A stretch of 64,000 nucleotides of DNA. Origin: a virus. The position numbers and the translations under genes are program-made. Below the pieces are notes generated by a model. The model worked only from the letters and a program-made list of their open reading frames with translations, did not search any database and was not told the DNA's origin. The stretch lies in IMG/VR virus record IMGVR_UViG_3300005913_000002; one strand, 5' to 3'. Below are positions 50,901 to 60,600 of this stretch, one piece after another. How positions within the stretch are numbered: position 1 is the first letter of the stretch; the number at the start of each line of letters is the position of its first letter.

Positions 50901-51186
50901 TGATACATATGTAGGTAACGAATTTACTACAGCAAAATATCTAGTACAAGTTAATGATTTAGGAACACCTAACAAGTTCCATGTTGTAGAATTAATGGTA
51001 ACATATGATGGCAGTGCTGCAACCAGCGGCGTTTATATCAGTCAATACGGTATTATTACAAACACAGGCGAATTGGGCACGTTTGATGTCACTTACAATT
51101 TAGGTGATATCAATGTTATCTTTACACCAAACTATACTCCAGTAAGTATGAGTATACGAGCGGTGCGATTTGCAATCATAACTTAA
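47962..51186 (+). CDS. Tail fibre-type protein with many STxTGALxVxGGxG repeats
   Basis: N-terminal KDFVVKQG; more than 10 GALxVxGGxG repeats; C-terminal domain paralogous to 46228..47943 (KFHVVE, YGIIT). Confidence 0.7.
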   Translation: MANIKDFVVKQGIVAEGTAASNNTATGALLVGGGAGIGGNVNIGGYIKRQGDVTSDTHSLGAQLSFRDAVFTDSLVTGRSAWGIVNYFGNPQLDTISEDATYTNATNIFIKGPAQAVAGGNLTIEKSWALYASSGSFYIGETSGSTSTAAGQALQIAGGVSFGNGIYGAGGGSLFGYYEIDGSQVLTKATQNVGLAEFPDGILISTSTQAVSTATGALVLSNGGGIGVAGNVYVGGYLAVLTTATILGTENASSTSTGALRLEGGLGIGQDLFAQNGVFVSGNSNTSTVGGNSVQITSGGGLGVSGSALIQGLVYLENTTDSDAVDTGALVVRGGVGIEQNLTVNTVDIVGTTLATDESSGALTVAGGVGIAGNLVIGATDSSTGTTASNALVVAGGGYFGGDLSVKGTTVIEGDLLLLGIGTQVTINSTNTYIVDPLVEIGGGIDGSMLTVPDVYDKGLLIHYQNAASTVTDWRAFIGLENTTERFIFKTDIDPSVEGEDPFGDYYNSGTWSTLEAGSLVLRNDLTVNGTANVTGSAEFENTVTFTSAAFSSTQILDNALQVPNGGIGARYLYIEESGFIKNAEILTTGTINNNIGGLFTNTFQFANLTEANSTDTGAVTVGGGVGIGGNLYVGGNQVLYGTLSITDETQSVDSSTGALTVLGGVGVGKNLNVGGTVAITDATNSTGTDNGALTVAGGAGIAGDVYVGGFIVATNTVTVYQLIVTSEEDSTATDNGAVTIAGGIGVGKTINADRINVQTASINSGTSSTSTNTGDLVVTGGAGIGENLHVGNNLQVYSTLTSISTNTGALVVEGGAGIGKDVYIGGKITRNGEVTVSQLNLGGAALAISTSTYIDELSSGTPSSLAINSFGRPTIVGTLNPTWGDASTLYIDNAPQFTGGADATRKWAAFVNQGAVKIATGTVNNGTTNSGALQVVGGVGVGGSLTVGGKVKANTVEVGSNLISSPGITGKSDATAATIDTYVGNEFTTAKYLVQVNDLGTPNKFHVVELMVTYDGSAATSGVYISQYGIITNTGELGTFDVTYNLGDINVIFTPNYTPVSMSIRAVRFAIIT

Positions 51187-51191
51187 CATAC

Positions 51192-51219
51192 AGGGCAACT
51201 TAGTTGCCCTTTTTTATTT
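51192..51219 (+). terminator. Rho-independent terminator
   Basis: AGGGCAAC-TTA-GTTGCCCT followed by a T run. Confidence 0.85.
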
Positions 51220-51222
51220 TGG

Positions 51223-51230
51223 TATAAATA
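51223..51230 (+). promoter_or_regulatory. T4-type late promoter TATAAATA
   Basis: Exact consensus right after the terminator and upstream of ATG 51273. Confidence 0.8.
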
Positions 51231-51272
51231 CTCGAATAATATACATCGCCGTCATGTGGAAAGGGAAACTGA

Positions 51273-54200
51273 ATGGCACAAGCAGATTTCATCGTTAAAA
51301 ACGGTGCAGTAATTCTTAATGGGTTAACTGCCACCTCAACAAGTACAACATCGGGTGCCTTGGTAATTCAAGGCGGTATTGCTACATCAGGGCAATCAAC
51401 ATTTGGTGGCAATTTAAACATTGTAAACACTACTACCGCAGTATCAGACACTACTGGTGCGTTAACTGTAGTAGGCGGAGTGGGTATTACTGGTGACTTA
51501 TGGGTCAAAGGAGTAAATCTTACTCAAAGTGATCCTCATGTAGTTTATGTTTCCGAGTCAGGCAATGATGCAAACGACGGGTTATTGCCGCAGTCTTCAG
51601 TACAAACAATTAAACAAGGTTTAATTTTAGCCAGAAATATATATGATACTACTGGTCAGGGTGCAGATGTTAGTTTACACGCAGGTGTGTACGTAGAAGA
51701 ATTTCCGTTATATGTATCAACAGGTACTGCTGTTAAAGGAGCAGGACTTCGTCAAGTAACAGTTCGTCCTACTACTGCTACAAATACTTTTACGGGTTTT
51801 TTGCTAGACGGCGAAACAACTATCAGCGACTTTGCTATTACAAGTTTTTATAAACCTGGTTATGCATTTGCTTATGCTCCTAATGCAAAAATTACAACAC
51901 GCAGTCCTTACGTTGAGCGTTTTTCCGTAATTACAAGAGGTTCAAACCCTACTGCTAACGATCCGTATGGATACGATAGCAACGACGCAGGCGGCGGCGC
52001 ATACTTAGATGGAAGTCAAGTTGATAAATCTTCATTAGAAGCAGCATTTTTATTCAACGAAGCCACGTTTATTACTCCTAGTTCTACTGCTATCTACGCA
52101 ACTAACGGAACTAGAGTTGAATTACTAAACGGATTTAGTTACTTCAGCGAAAAAGGTATTCACTTTGAAAGTGGATCAGAAGGTTGGGGCGGAGCAGGTC
52201 AAACTAAATTACGTCTCGCTAATACTACAGGCACATTTGCTGTAGGTGATTTCTTATACTACAAAGGTTCTACAGGAACCGTAGTTGCTAGTGGTGAAAT
52301 TGCTGCTGTAGATTCTGATTATATCTACATCGATGGAAAAGCATCTGGATTTATTGAGTCAGCAGACCGTGCTGGAAAAGTTGTTAACGTTTACGGCAAC
52401 ACTGAAATCAGCAGTTTTCAGCGTAAAATTGGTAACGGATCTGTGCATTTTACAACAGATGGTGATTTATTAGACATTGTTAGTGATGCCGATCTTCAAT
52501 ATGGTACAGGTGCATATACATTAGAAGCATGGGTATTTTTAGATCAAGGTGGTAGAACACAACAGATCTTTAACAAAGGTACTACTGTAGCCACTGAATT
52601 TGGTTTATATATCGACTCTGCTAATAAAGTAACTGGTCAACATAGTAGTACATTAATGACAGGTACTAGTGTATTGAGCACAGGCACTTGGTACCACGTT
52701 GCCTTATCAAGAGATACTGGAAATAATTTATACTTGTTTGTAGACGGAGGATTAGAAGCGACCGATACTTCTACTGCAAATACTACAAACGGTGAAAGTT
52801 TAACAATTGGTGGTAAAACTGGAGTTGCTAGCAACTCAATTAGAGGTTATATTGACGAAGCACGAGTAAGTTCAGTTGCTAGATATACAGCCGGCTTTAC
52901 TCCGTTAACAATTTCTTTTAATTCTGACATCAGCACTACTGTTCTAATCCACGGTGATGGTGCAGATACAAGCATTGATATTAAAGATGACGGCCAAGGT
53001 TCTCAAAATGTTTACACAACAACTGCAACAAGTGAAGATTCAGTAATTGCTAGTGCGCAGGCTATTATTCTTGCAGACTATAGACAATTTGGCGGTGAAT
53101 TGCGCTCAATTGGTTCTGCAGTCTGTTACGGCAACTACGGTATATACGCAGATGGTGAAGGTGTTGACCTAAAAGCAATTGCATTTAACATGAGTTATAT
53201 TGGATCAGGAAAAGATCTATCCAATGACGCTACTTTAGCAGTTCAAGCAAATGAAATTATTAGTCTAAATGGTGCTAAGGTATACTATCAAACAGTTGAC
53301 CATATTGGAGATTTTAGAGTTGGACCTGAATTCCGTATTAATCAACGTACAGGTAACGTTGACTTTGGAACTGCTAACTTCCGGTTAGGCCCGTTATCTA
53401 GTTTAACAGTTAGTGACGGTGTTAATGCTGTTGTTGTACAACCTAGTAGCATTTCAGTAGGATCGCTGTTGCTTGGCGGCAATAGAATACAAACTATTAG
53501 CGGCAACTTAATTTTAGATCCTAATGGAAGTTTAACTACAATTGAAAGTGATTTACAAGTAAATGGCGGCTTAAACTTTACAGGACAATTTTTAGCAACT
53601 AGTGTAGCAAACAGTACTAGTACTACTACTGGTGCTATTGTCGTTAGTGGCGGCATTGGTCTTGCAAAAGATTTATATGTTGGAGGAAATGCAACTGTTG
53701 CTGGAAATTTAATAGTTAAAGGATTAACTACTACAGTTAATAGTACTCAAACAAGTATCAGCGATCCTGTATTAGATTTAGGTACTGGAGCAGATAATAC
53801 TGATATTGAAATTAATGATGGATGGGATCGAGGATTATTATTTCATTACAACACATCGCCCACTCAAAGTGTAGCAAGTTATACTAGAAGTTTCTTTGGT
53901 ATGGACAATGCTTCTGAGGATCTTGTTTACAAAGTTGGAGTTGCTAACGGAACACTTACTTCATTAGATCCTGACTTCTCTTCATTAGGAAGTTACGGCG
54001 GTGCAAAATTTGGTCGTCTATATTTAGAATTATTAACTCCTGGGTCTCCTAGTGACGGCGCACTAGTAGTTAAAGGCGGCGGCAGTATTGCCGGTGAGTT
54101 GTATGTACAAAATACTCAAGTAGTTACTACTGGAACTATAAATCAATATGCAGTAACTGAAGCAATTGGCGGAGAAGACATTGATGTAGACGTTAATATA

Positions 54201-57200
54201 GGAATAGTAACTTTTACAAATACTTCTACTTTACAATCAGTAACTAGTAGAGGAAGTCAAACTGACCAAATTGTCTACTTTACAAATACTACAAATTCAT
54301 TTAATACTATAACTGGTGCTGTAGTAATTACAGGCGGACTAGGTGTAGGTCAAGATATACACGCAGAAGACATTTATTCTAACGGTGCGTTAGTTGTTAC
54401 AGAAGGCACAATTGGTGCATTAGGTATTACTGCACTATATGCAGGAACTGACACTGCTGTTAGCAGCCAAACAGGTATTGTTTACGTATGGAGCACTTCT
54501 ACTTTAGAAACAGTAACGTCTAGGGGAAGTTCTACTAGTCACATTATAACATTTACTAATACTGAAGAATCTACTGCAACAGATAACGGTTCAGTAGTTG
54601 TTTCCGGAGGTGTTGGAGTTGGTGGTAATTTAAATGCAAGTCAAATATTTGCAAATGTTGGATATTTTATCGGTGGCAATTCTTCAGTATCAGAAACTAC
54701 TGGCGATTTAATTGTAACAGGTGGCGCTGGTATCGGTGAAAATTTAAACATTGCTGGAATTACAACTGTACTATCCAATCAATCATCTATTGATACATCA
54801 ACAGGTGCATTGTTAGTAGTAGGCGGCGTTGGCATTGGTCAAGATCTAAATGTAGAAGGTGAAATTACAAGCAATATCGGACAATTAACTTTGAATGGTA
54901 TATCATCGTTAATTAATGCAACATCAAATTTAGATATTACTGGTGGAAGTAATTTAGGAATTACATCAGTAGGACAACTAACTATCGGTTCTTCTTTAGC
55001 AGTGGTATTTACTGATACAAGTGTAGTATATATTAACGGAACAGTAAATGCAACTAACAGCGGATCAGGAGCATTAGTCGTAGCAGGCGGCGCCGGGTTT
55101 GGCGGCAACATTTACGCAGCAAATATTTTCTCAAATAACAGCCAAGTAATTACTAGTGCAAACTTAGGTGCGTTTGGTGTAACGTCATTAACTACTGGTT
55201 CAGGAATATCAATATCTACGACAACTGGCGCAGTAATAATTGAATCAATTGACACATTACAAGATGTAACCAACAGATGGTCAACTACAACAAATATAGT
55301 TACTATACAAAATGATACAGCAGCAAGCAATACTGCAACCGCAGCATTAATTGTTCAGGGAGGCGGCATCGCAAGTGATAGTTTGTATACTAATTTTGCA
55401 ATTGTTGGAACTAATTTACAAGTTGACGGTAGCGCACAAATAAATGATGTATCTGATGCAAGCAACGAAACTACAGGAGTATTAACTGTTGCCGGCGGCG
55501 TTGGCGTTGCAAAGAGTTTATGGGCCGCAGCATTGTATGACGACGGCCAGCGTGTTGTAACTAAGATTAATCCTAATTCTGGACCTGGTATTACAATCAC
55601 TGACGAAATTGGTATTGGAACAGCAACAAGTTTTACAATTAATAATGCAGGTGTTATTGCTGCTGTTGGTAGTGCGTACATTGGAATAAGTTCAGCAACA
55701 GGTATCGTTACAATTACTAACTTAGGTGTACAAACTCTAACCGCAGGTACAGATACAAGTGTAAGTAGATCAACTGGTACTGTGACAATTTGGAGCACTA
55801 GTACATTGCAATCAGTAACTAATAGAGGTGCAACAACTGATAACGCAATAAGCATTACTAACACTACAGATGCTAATACTTCCACTGCCGGGGCATTAAT
55901 TGTTGGCGGTGGCGCCGGAGTTGCTAAGAATTTAATTGTTGGCGGTAATGCTGCTGTTTACGGCAATCTACAGGTATACGGTAAGCAGACTTATGTAAAT
56001 TCAACTCAAACTGTAATTACTGATCCGGTAATCGGAGTAGGTGCAGGAATAGACAACAGCAATTTAGGTGTTAATGATGGTTTAGATCGTGGTATATTGA
56101 TGCACTACAATACTACTGCTACTGAAAACATATTCTACGACAATCATGCCTTCTTAGGTATGGACAATGCTACACAAACGCTTGTGTATAAAACAGATGT
56201 TTACCCAGAAGGAGTTCAAGAATTTCCTGCACTATTCTCCAACACAGGCTCATTTGGATTAGCACAGTTTGGTGGATTGTCCTTAACAAATAACACAGTT
56301 GCTTCAAATACATCAACTGGCGCTTTAACTGTAGATGGCGGTGTCGGCATTGGTGGAGCATTGTATGTTAAAGATGCAATTTTTGTTAACGGCAATCAAG
56401 TTCTCACATCAGGCGGTGGAGGCGGTAGCGGATATGTAGAAGCATTGTATGCAGGAACAGATACCGCAGTTAGTGCAAATGCAGGTGAAGTTACAATATG
56501 GAACACAAGTACGCTTCATTCTGTTACTGAACGAGGTAATCAAACTGCGTTTAATATAATTATTGGAAATGTAACTACTGCATCAAATGCAACTGAAAAT
56601 GGTGCATTTAAGGTATCAGGAGATACAATTCTAAGTAAGAGCGCATTTATTGTAAACAATGCAATTTTAGGTGCAGAACTTCCTGCAGCATCTGATTCGA
56701 ATGCAAATTTATTCTTACCATTTAGAGGAACCCCGGGTACTTATAGAAATTATGTAGAATTACAAGCAGTTAATGCAAACGACGTTTCAAATTTAGATGG
56801 CGGCGCATTTATTAAATTTCGTACAAGCACAACAGCAGCATACGGTCCGGAAATTGGTGGCGTTAGGCGTGCAAGTGGCGATGGCGATTTTGTAATTAGA
56901 ACAGGTAGTAACACACCGCAAGATAGAGTCACTGTTAAAGATGACGGCGACGTTGTAATGACTGGCGATTTATCTGCCGGTAGTTTACAAAACACTCCGG
57001 TCGGTAGTGTAACATCTAGCACAGCAAGATTTACAACTCTCGAAGCCAACGGCGCAGTTAAACTTACTAACACTACAGAAGCAACTAGTTCAGTAGACGG
57101 CGCAGTAGTTGTTGGCGGCGGCTTGGCAGTAGGTTCTAACATTGTTGTTGGACCTGGTGCAGAAACAAGAGGAGTTAAAAATGCTAACATTTATGCTAGC

Positions 57201-57617
57201 GGATCATTCACAACAGCCGGCGACGCCCAAGCAGGTACATATGTTTTACGAAAATCTTTAGGAACTACATCACTTATTGCATTAACAACTGATGAAGGAA
57301 TAGTAGGAACTACTAATCAAATAACTTTGCTTGACAATTCTTCTTACACTTTTAAAGTGTTAGTGACTGCAAGAGCAACTGCTTCGAGCAATGGCGGTGC
57401 GTGGGAATTTAACGGAGTTATTACTAGAGATACTGGTGCAGGATCGACTAATATGAGAATTGTAAACAAAACTAAAATATGGTCAAGTTTAACTGGGTAC
57501 GATGTTGAAGTTGTAGCAGACACTGCAAATGGGTCTTTGCAAGTTAGTGCAAAAGGCCATGACAGTAATTTTGTTAGATTCGTTGCAAGAGTAGATACTG
57601 TAGAAGTAACTACCTAA
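51273..57617 (+). CDS. Long tail fibre-type protein with LamG/concanavalin-A-like domain
   Basis: YVSESGNDANDG scaffold; YTLEAWV...TWYHVALSR...LFVDG...GYIDEARVS LamG motif; GALxVxGGxG and STLQSVTxRG repeats. Confidence 0.75.
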   Translation: MAQADFIVKNGAVILNGLTATSTSTTSGALVIQGGIATSGQSTFGGNLNIVNTTTAVSDTTGALTVVGGVGITGDLWVKGVNLTQSDPHVVYVSESGNDANDGLLPQSSVQTIKQGLILARNIYDTTGQGADVSLHAGVYVEEFPLYVSTGTAVKGAGLRQVTVRPTTATNTFTGFLLDGETTISDFAITSFYKPGYAFAYAPNAKITTRSPYVERFSVITRGSNPTANDPYGYDSNDAGGGAYLDGSQVDKSSLEAAFLFNEATFITPSSTAIYATNGTRVELLNGFSYFSEKGIHFESGSEGWGGAGQTKLRLANTTGTFAVGDFLYYKGSTGTVVASGEIAAVDSDYIYIDGKASGFIESADRAGKVVNVYGNTEISSFQRKIGNGSVHFTTDGDLLDIVSDADLQYGTGAYTLEAWVFLDQGGRTQQIFNKGTTVATEFGLYIDSANKVTGQHSSTLMTGTSVLSTGTWYHVALSRDTGNNLYLFVDGGLEATDTSTANTTNGESLTIGGKTGVASNSIRGYIDEARVSSVARYTAGFTPLTISFNSDISTTVLIHGDGADTSIDIKDDGQGSQNVYTTTATSEDSVIASAQAIILADYRQFGGELRSIGSAVCYGNYGIYADGEGVDLKAIAFNMSYIGSGKDLSNDATLAVQANEIISLNGAKVYYQTVDHIGDFRVGPEFRINQRTGNVDFGTANFRLGPLSSLTVSDGVNAVVVQPSSISVGSLLLGGNRIQTISGNLILDPNGSLTTIESDLQVNGGLNFTGQFLATSVANSTSTTTGAIVVSGGIGLAKDLYVGGNATVAGNLIVKGLTTTVNSTQTSISDPVLDLGTGADNTDIEINDGWDRGLLFHYNTSPTQSVASYTRSFFGMDNASEDLVYKVGVANGTLTSLDPDFSSLGSYGGAKFGRLYLELLTPGSPSDGALVVKGGGSIAGELYVQNTQVVTTGTINQYAVTEAIGGEDIDVDVNIGIVTFTNTSTLQSVTSRGSQTDQIVYFTNTTNSFNTITGAVVITGGLGVGQDIHAEDIYSNGALVVTEGTIGALGITALYAGTDTAVSSQTGIVYVWSTSTLETVTSRGSSTSHIITFTNTEESTATDNGSVVVSGGVGVGGNLNASQIFANVGYFIGGNSSVSETTGDLIVTGGAGIGENLNIAGITTVLSNQSSIDTSTGALLVVGGVGIGQDLNVEGEITSNIGQLTLNGISSLINATSNLDITGGSNLGITSVGQLTIGSSLAVVFTDTSVVYINGTVNATNSGSGALVVAGGAGFGGNIYAANIFSNNSQVITSANLGAFGVTSLTTGSGISISTTTGAVIIESIDTLQDVTNRWSTTTNIVTIQNDTAASNTATAALIVQGGGIASDSLYTNFAIVGTNLQVDGSAQINDVSDASNETTGVLTVAGGVGVAKSLWAAALYDDGQRVVTKINPNSGPGITITDEIGIGTATSFTINNAGVIAAVGSAYIGISSATGIVTITNLGVQTLTAGTDTSVSRSTGTVTIWSTSTLQSVTNRGATTDNAISITNTTDANTSTAGALIVGGGAGVAKNLIVGGNAAVYGNLQVYGKQTYVNSTQTVITDPVIGVGAGIDNSNLGVNDGLDRGILMHYNTTATENIFYDNHAFLGMDNATQTLVYKTDVYPEGVQEFPALFSNTGSFGLAQFGGLSLTNNTVASNTSTGALTVDGGVGIGGALYVKDAIFVNGNQVLTSGGGGGSGYVEALYAGTDTAVSANAGEVTIWNTSTLHSVTERGNQTAFNIIIGNVTTASNATENGAFKVSGDTILSKSAFIVNNAILGAELPAASDSNANLFLPFRGTPGTYRNYVELQAVNANDVSNLDGGAFIKFRTSTTAAYGPEIGGVRRASGDGDFVIRTGSNTPQDRVTVKDDGDVVMTGDLSAGSLQNTPVGSVTSSTARFTTLEANGAVKLTNTTEATSSVDGAVVVGGGLAVGSNIVVGPGAETRGVKNANIYASGSFTTAGDAQAGTYVLRKSLGTTSLIALTTDEGIVGTTNQITLLDNSSYTFKVLVTARATASSNGGAWEFNGVITRDTGAGSTNMRIVNKTKIWSSLTGYDVEVVADTANGSLQVSAKGHDSNFVRFVARVDTVEVTT

Positions 57618-57626
57618 AAATAAACA

Positions 57627-57634
57627 TATAAATA
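57627..57634 (+). promoter_or_regulatory. T4-type late promoter TATAAATA
   Basis: Exact consensus 21 nt upstream of ATG 57656. Confidence 0.8.
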
Positions 57635-57655
57635 TTGGATAAGAGTTAGAAAACT

Positions 57656-60600
57656 ATGGCAATAAATTTTGATACCAACACACCAGGCAGCGTAACGCTT
57701 AAATCGCCGTCAACGGGCACTGTTACCTTAACATTACCTGATACTGCTAATACCAGCGGTTGGCAACTAGTATTAGCAGATAACACAGGCACATTAGAAT
57801 TTGTGCCTCCTGGCACCGGCGCAAGCGGCGTAGCAGGTGTAGACGGTGCTACCGGTGCTACTGGTCCTATTGGTGCAAGCGGAGCAACTGGCGCTACTGG
57901 CCCAGTGGGCGCAAGCGGCGCAGCAGGAGCAAACGGATCTACCGGTGCTACAGGTCCTATTGGTTCAACTGGGTTAAGCGGTACAGTAGGTAACGCAGGC
58001 TCAACCGGTGCTACAGGATTTACTGGTGCTACAGGAGCAACCGGTGCTACAGGATTTACTGGTGCAACAGGCGGCATTGGTGCTACGGGCGCTGCAGGCG
58101 GCGCAGGTTCAGCAGGAGCAACAGGTGCTAGCGGATTGGGGTACGATGTTACATCTACAACTAGTCATCCAACAGCAGTAGGTACTAGAACTTTTACTGT
58201 TAACAAAGCAAATGCTTATGTAATTGGCGGCCGAGTACAAATTACTTCTACAGCAGTTCCTACAAACTATATTCAAGGTACTGTTACGGGTATTGTGGGA
58301 TTAAACATAACTGTTAGTGTAGATTCAGTAGCAGGTTTTCCGGGCCAAACTTACAGTTCTTGGAAATTTTCAGTTGCCGGCCTAAACGGAACAACAGGCG
58401 CTACTGGGCAAACAGGTGCATTCGGATCAACAGGTGCAACTGGTCCGGGCGGTAATACAGGTAATGACGGTGCTACTGGTGCTACCGGTATTCAGGGTAA
58501 CCAAGGATCAACAGGTGCTACAGGTCCTCAGGGAGCAAGCGGCTCAGCCGGTGGCGCAGGAAACCAAGGTTCGACAGGAGCAACTGGTTATACTGGAACT
58601 ACAGGTGCTACTGGTGCAACTGGTTTACAGGGAACAACCGGTGCTACAGGACCGAGCGGAGTCGGCGGCACTACGGGCGCAACTGGTTTTAATGGATCAA
58701 CCGGTGCTACAGGTCCTAGAGGAGCAGGAACATGGACTCCTATTTTAGGAACAGGAGTATCATCTACTGATTATACAGTGTTTACAAAAACTGGTGGATC
58801 AAACGGTGCTTGGGATGTTCATGTATATTCAGCAGAAGGATTTGTAAGAGGTGCCGCAGTTGCAGCAAGAGCAGGCGGGACTGCTACTTATCGTGTGATG
58901 TTTGGTTTAAACAGTGATCCTGCTGCAAATGCAAGTTTCTCTTCAATTGATTATTCATACTACATGAATAACGGTTCTGTTGCAATTTATGAAAGCGGAG
59001 CAAGTGTAGCAGGTAGTTGGGGAACATATACTACTTCAACAGAATTTCAAATTACTTACGATGGATATTTTGTAAGGTATTACAAAGACGGAGTAATGCA
59101 GAGAGAAGTTTCCCGTATAATGGGAACTGCATTATATTTTGATAGTTCGTTTAACTATACAAATAATTCATTAACTAATGTGTCATTTGGTATGGCTGGC
59201 GAGTTAGGCCCTGAAGGTGCTGCTGGTGCAGGTATTGGTGCTGGCGGAGCAAACCAAGTTATCTATAAAGATAGTGGAAACTTATTTGCTGGTAGTAATA
59301 ATTTAACATTTGATGGTTCAAATTTAAATATCGGTGGCGCATTACAGTTTGACGGTAAAATAAACTGGGATAGTACTACTGGTACCACGCAAAAAGGTTC
59401 TCCAACTATTGCGTTTCACAGTGTTCGAAGCGGACTAAAACATCCCAGTTACTTGGACGAAAACTTCTTAAGCGGAAGTAACAACATCAATGTTTACAAT
59501 AACTCTGGTGGTAGTAATGTAACTATTACTCGAACAGCAAATAACTCAACTATTAATGCTCCTACTACTAGCGGATATGTTTTAACAATTAATCATACAG
59601 GAACTGTTGCAAGTCCTGGGTTTGGTGGTTTTAACTTTGCCGTAGGTACTAGAGCCAATGCAATTTTAGTTTCAACTTTTACAGCGAAATTACCAACAGG
59701 CAGAACAATTAACTGGGGTTCTAATGCCATCGGTACTAACGGAACAAGTTACTGGTTAACTAATAATACAGGCACAGGCAAGTGGGAAGAATATTCTTAT
59801 GTTGTTATATGTGGCAATAGTGGTAGTTTTAGTAGTACTCACTTTTTCTATGTAACTGGCGGTGCAGCACCTAGTGCAGGAGCACCATTAACTTGGTATT
59901 TGGCAAGCAGTGCAATTTATGATGTAACTGATCAAAGAAGCGATGTACTTTATCTAGATCGTGTCGGCAGCACCCCTAACATCAAAGGATACGGTGAAGG
60001 ACAGATCATTATTGATGGATCTACTACTGGCAAGGGTGTTTATCTAAATCATTATGTAAATGGCAACGTCTATGCTGCAAGTGGCGGCGGCAAACTAGCA
60101 GTAGGTGGTGGTACTGGTCCGACGTATACATTAGATGTTTACGGTACAGGTGCAGTTAGAGATTACTTCCGTATTACCAATGCTGGTGGCGCACAGAAAC
60201 TGTTAATGGGTAACCAAGATAGCAGCGGCACTAATAATCCTAATATTATTACAGCGGCTAACGGTACGCTGTCATTTGGAACAGGAAACACTTGGGCTAC
60301 TAGTGGCGGCACTGTTAGTAATTTTGCAACTTTTGCAAGTGCAGGAGCAACAATTGTAGCAGGATCAGGTACAACACCTGCTCTAAAAATTAACCCAGGC
60401 GGAAACAGTTGGAGTGAAGGTATTCGAATTAATCCTAGCCCAGGTGGTTGGTCCGGACTATATCTCCCTTCTACAGCAGACGTTACCGGCGGCACATGGT
60501 TAATAGGTAAAGCAGGCGGACTTGCCAACCAGTTCATCTTAATGAAGAACGGATTTACTGGATCTGTAGCAGTACGCTCAGATGCTGCCTTTGACGTAAG

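Noticed and set aside
48492-58077. Many minus-strand ORFs rich in Pro/Thr/Val (e.g. 49479-49871, 55355-55885, 57646-58077)
   Set aside because: These are antisense shadows of Gly-rich repeat codons in the plus-strand fibre genes.
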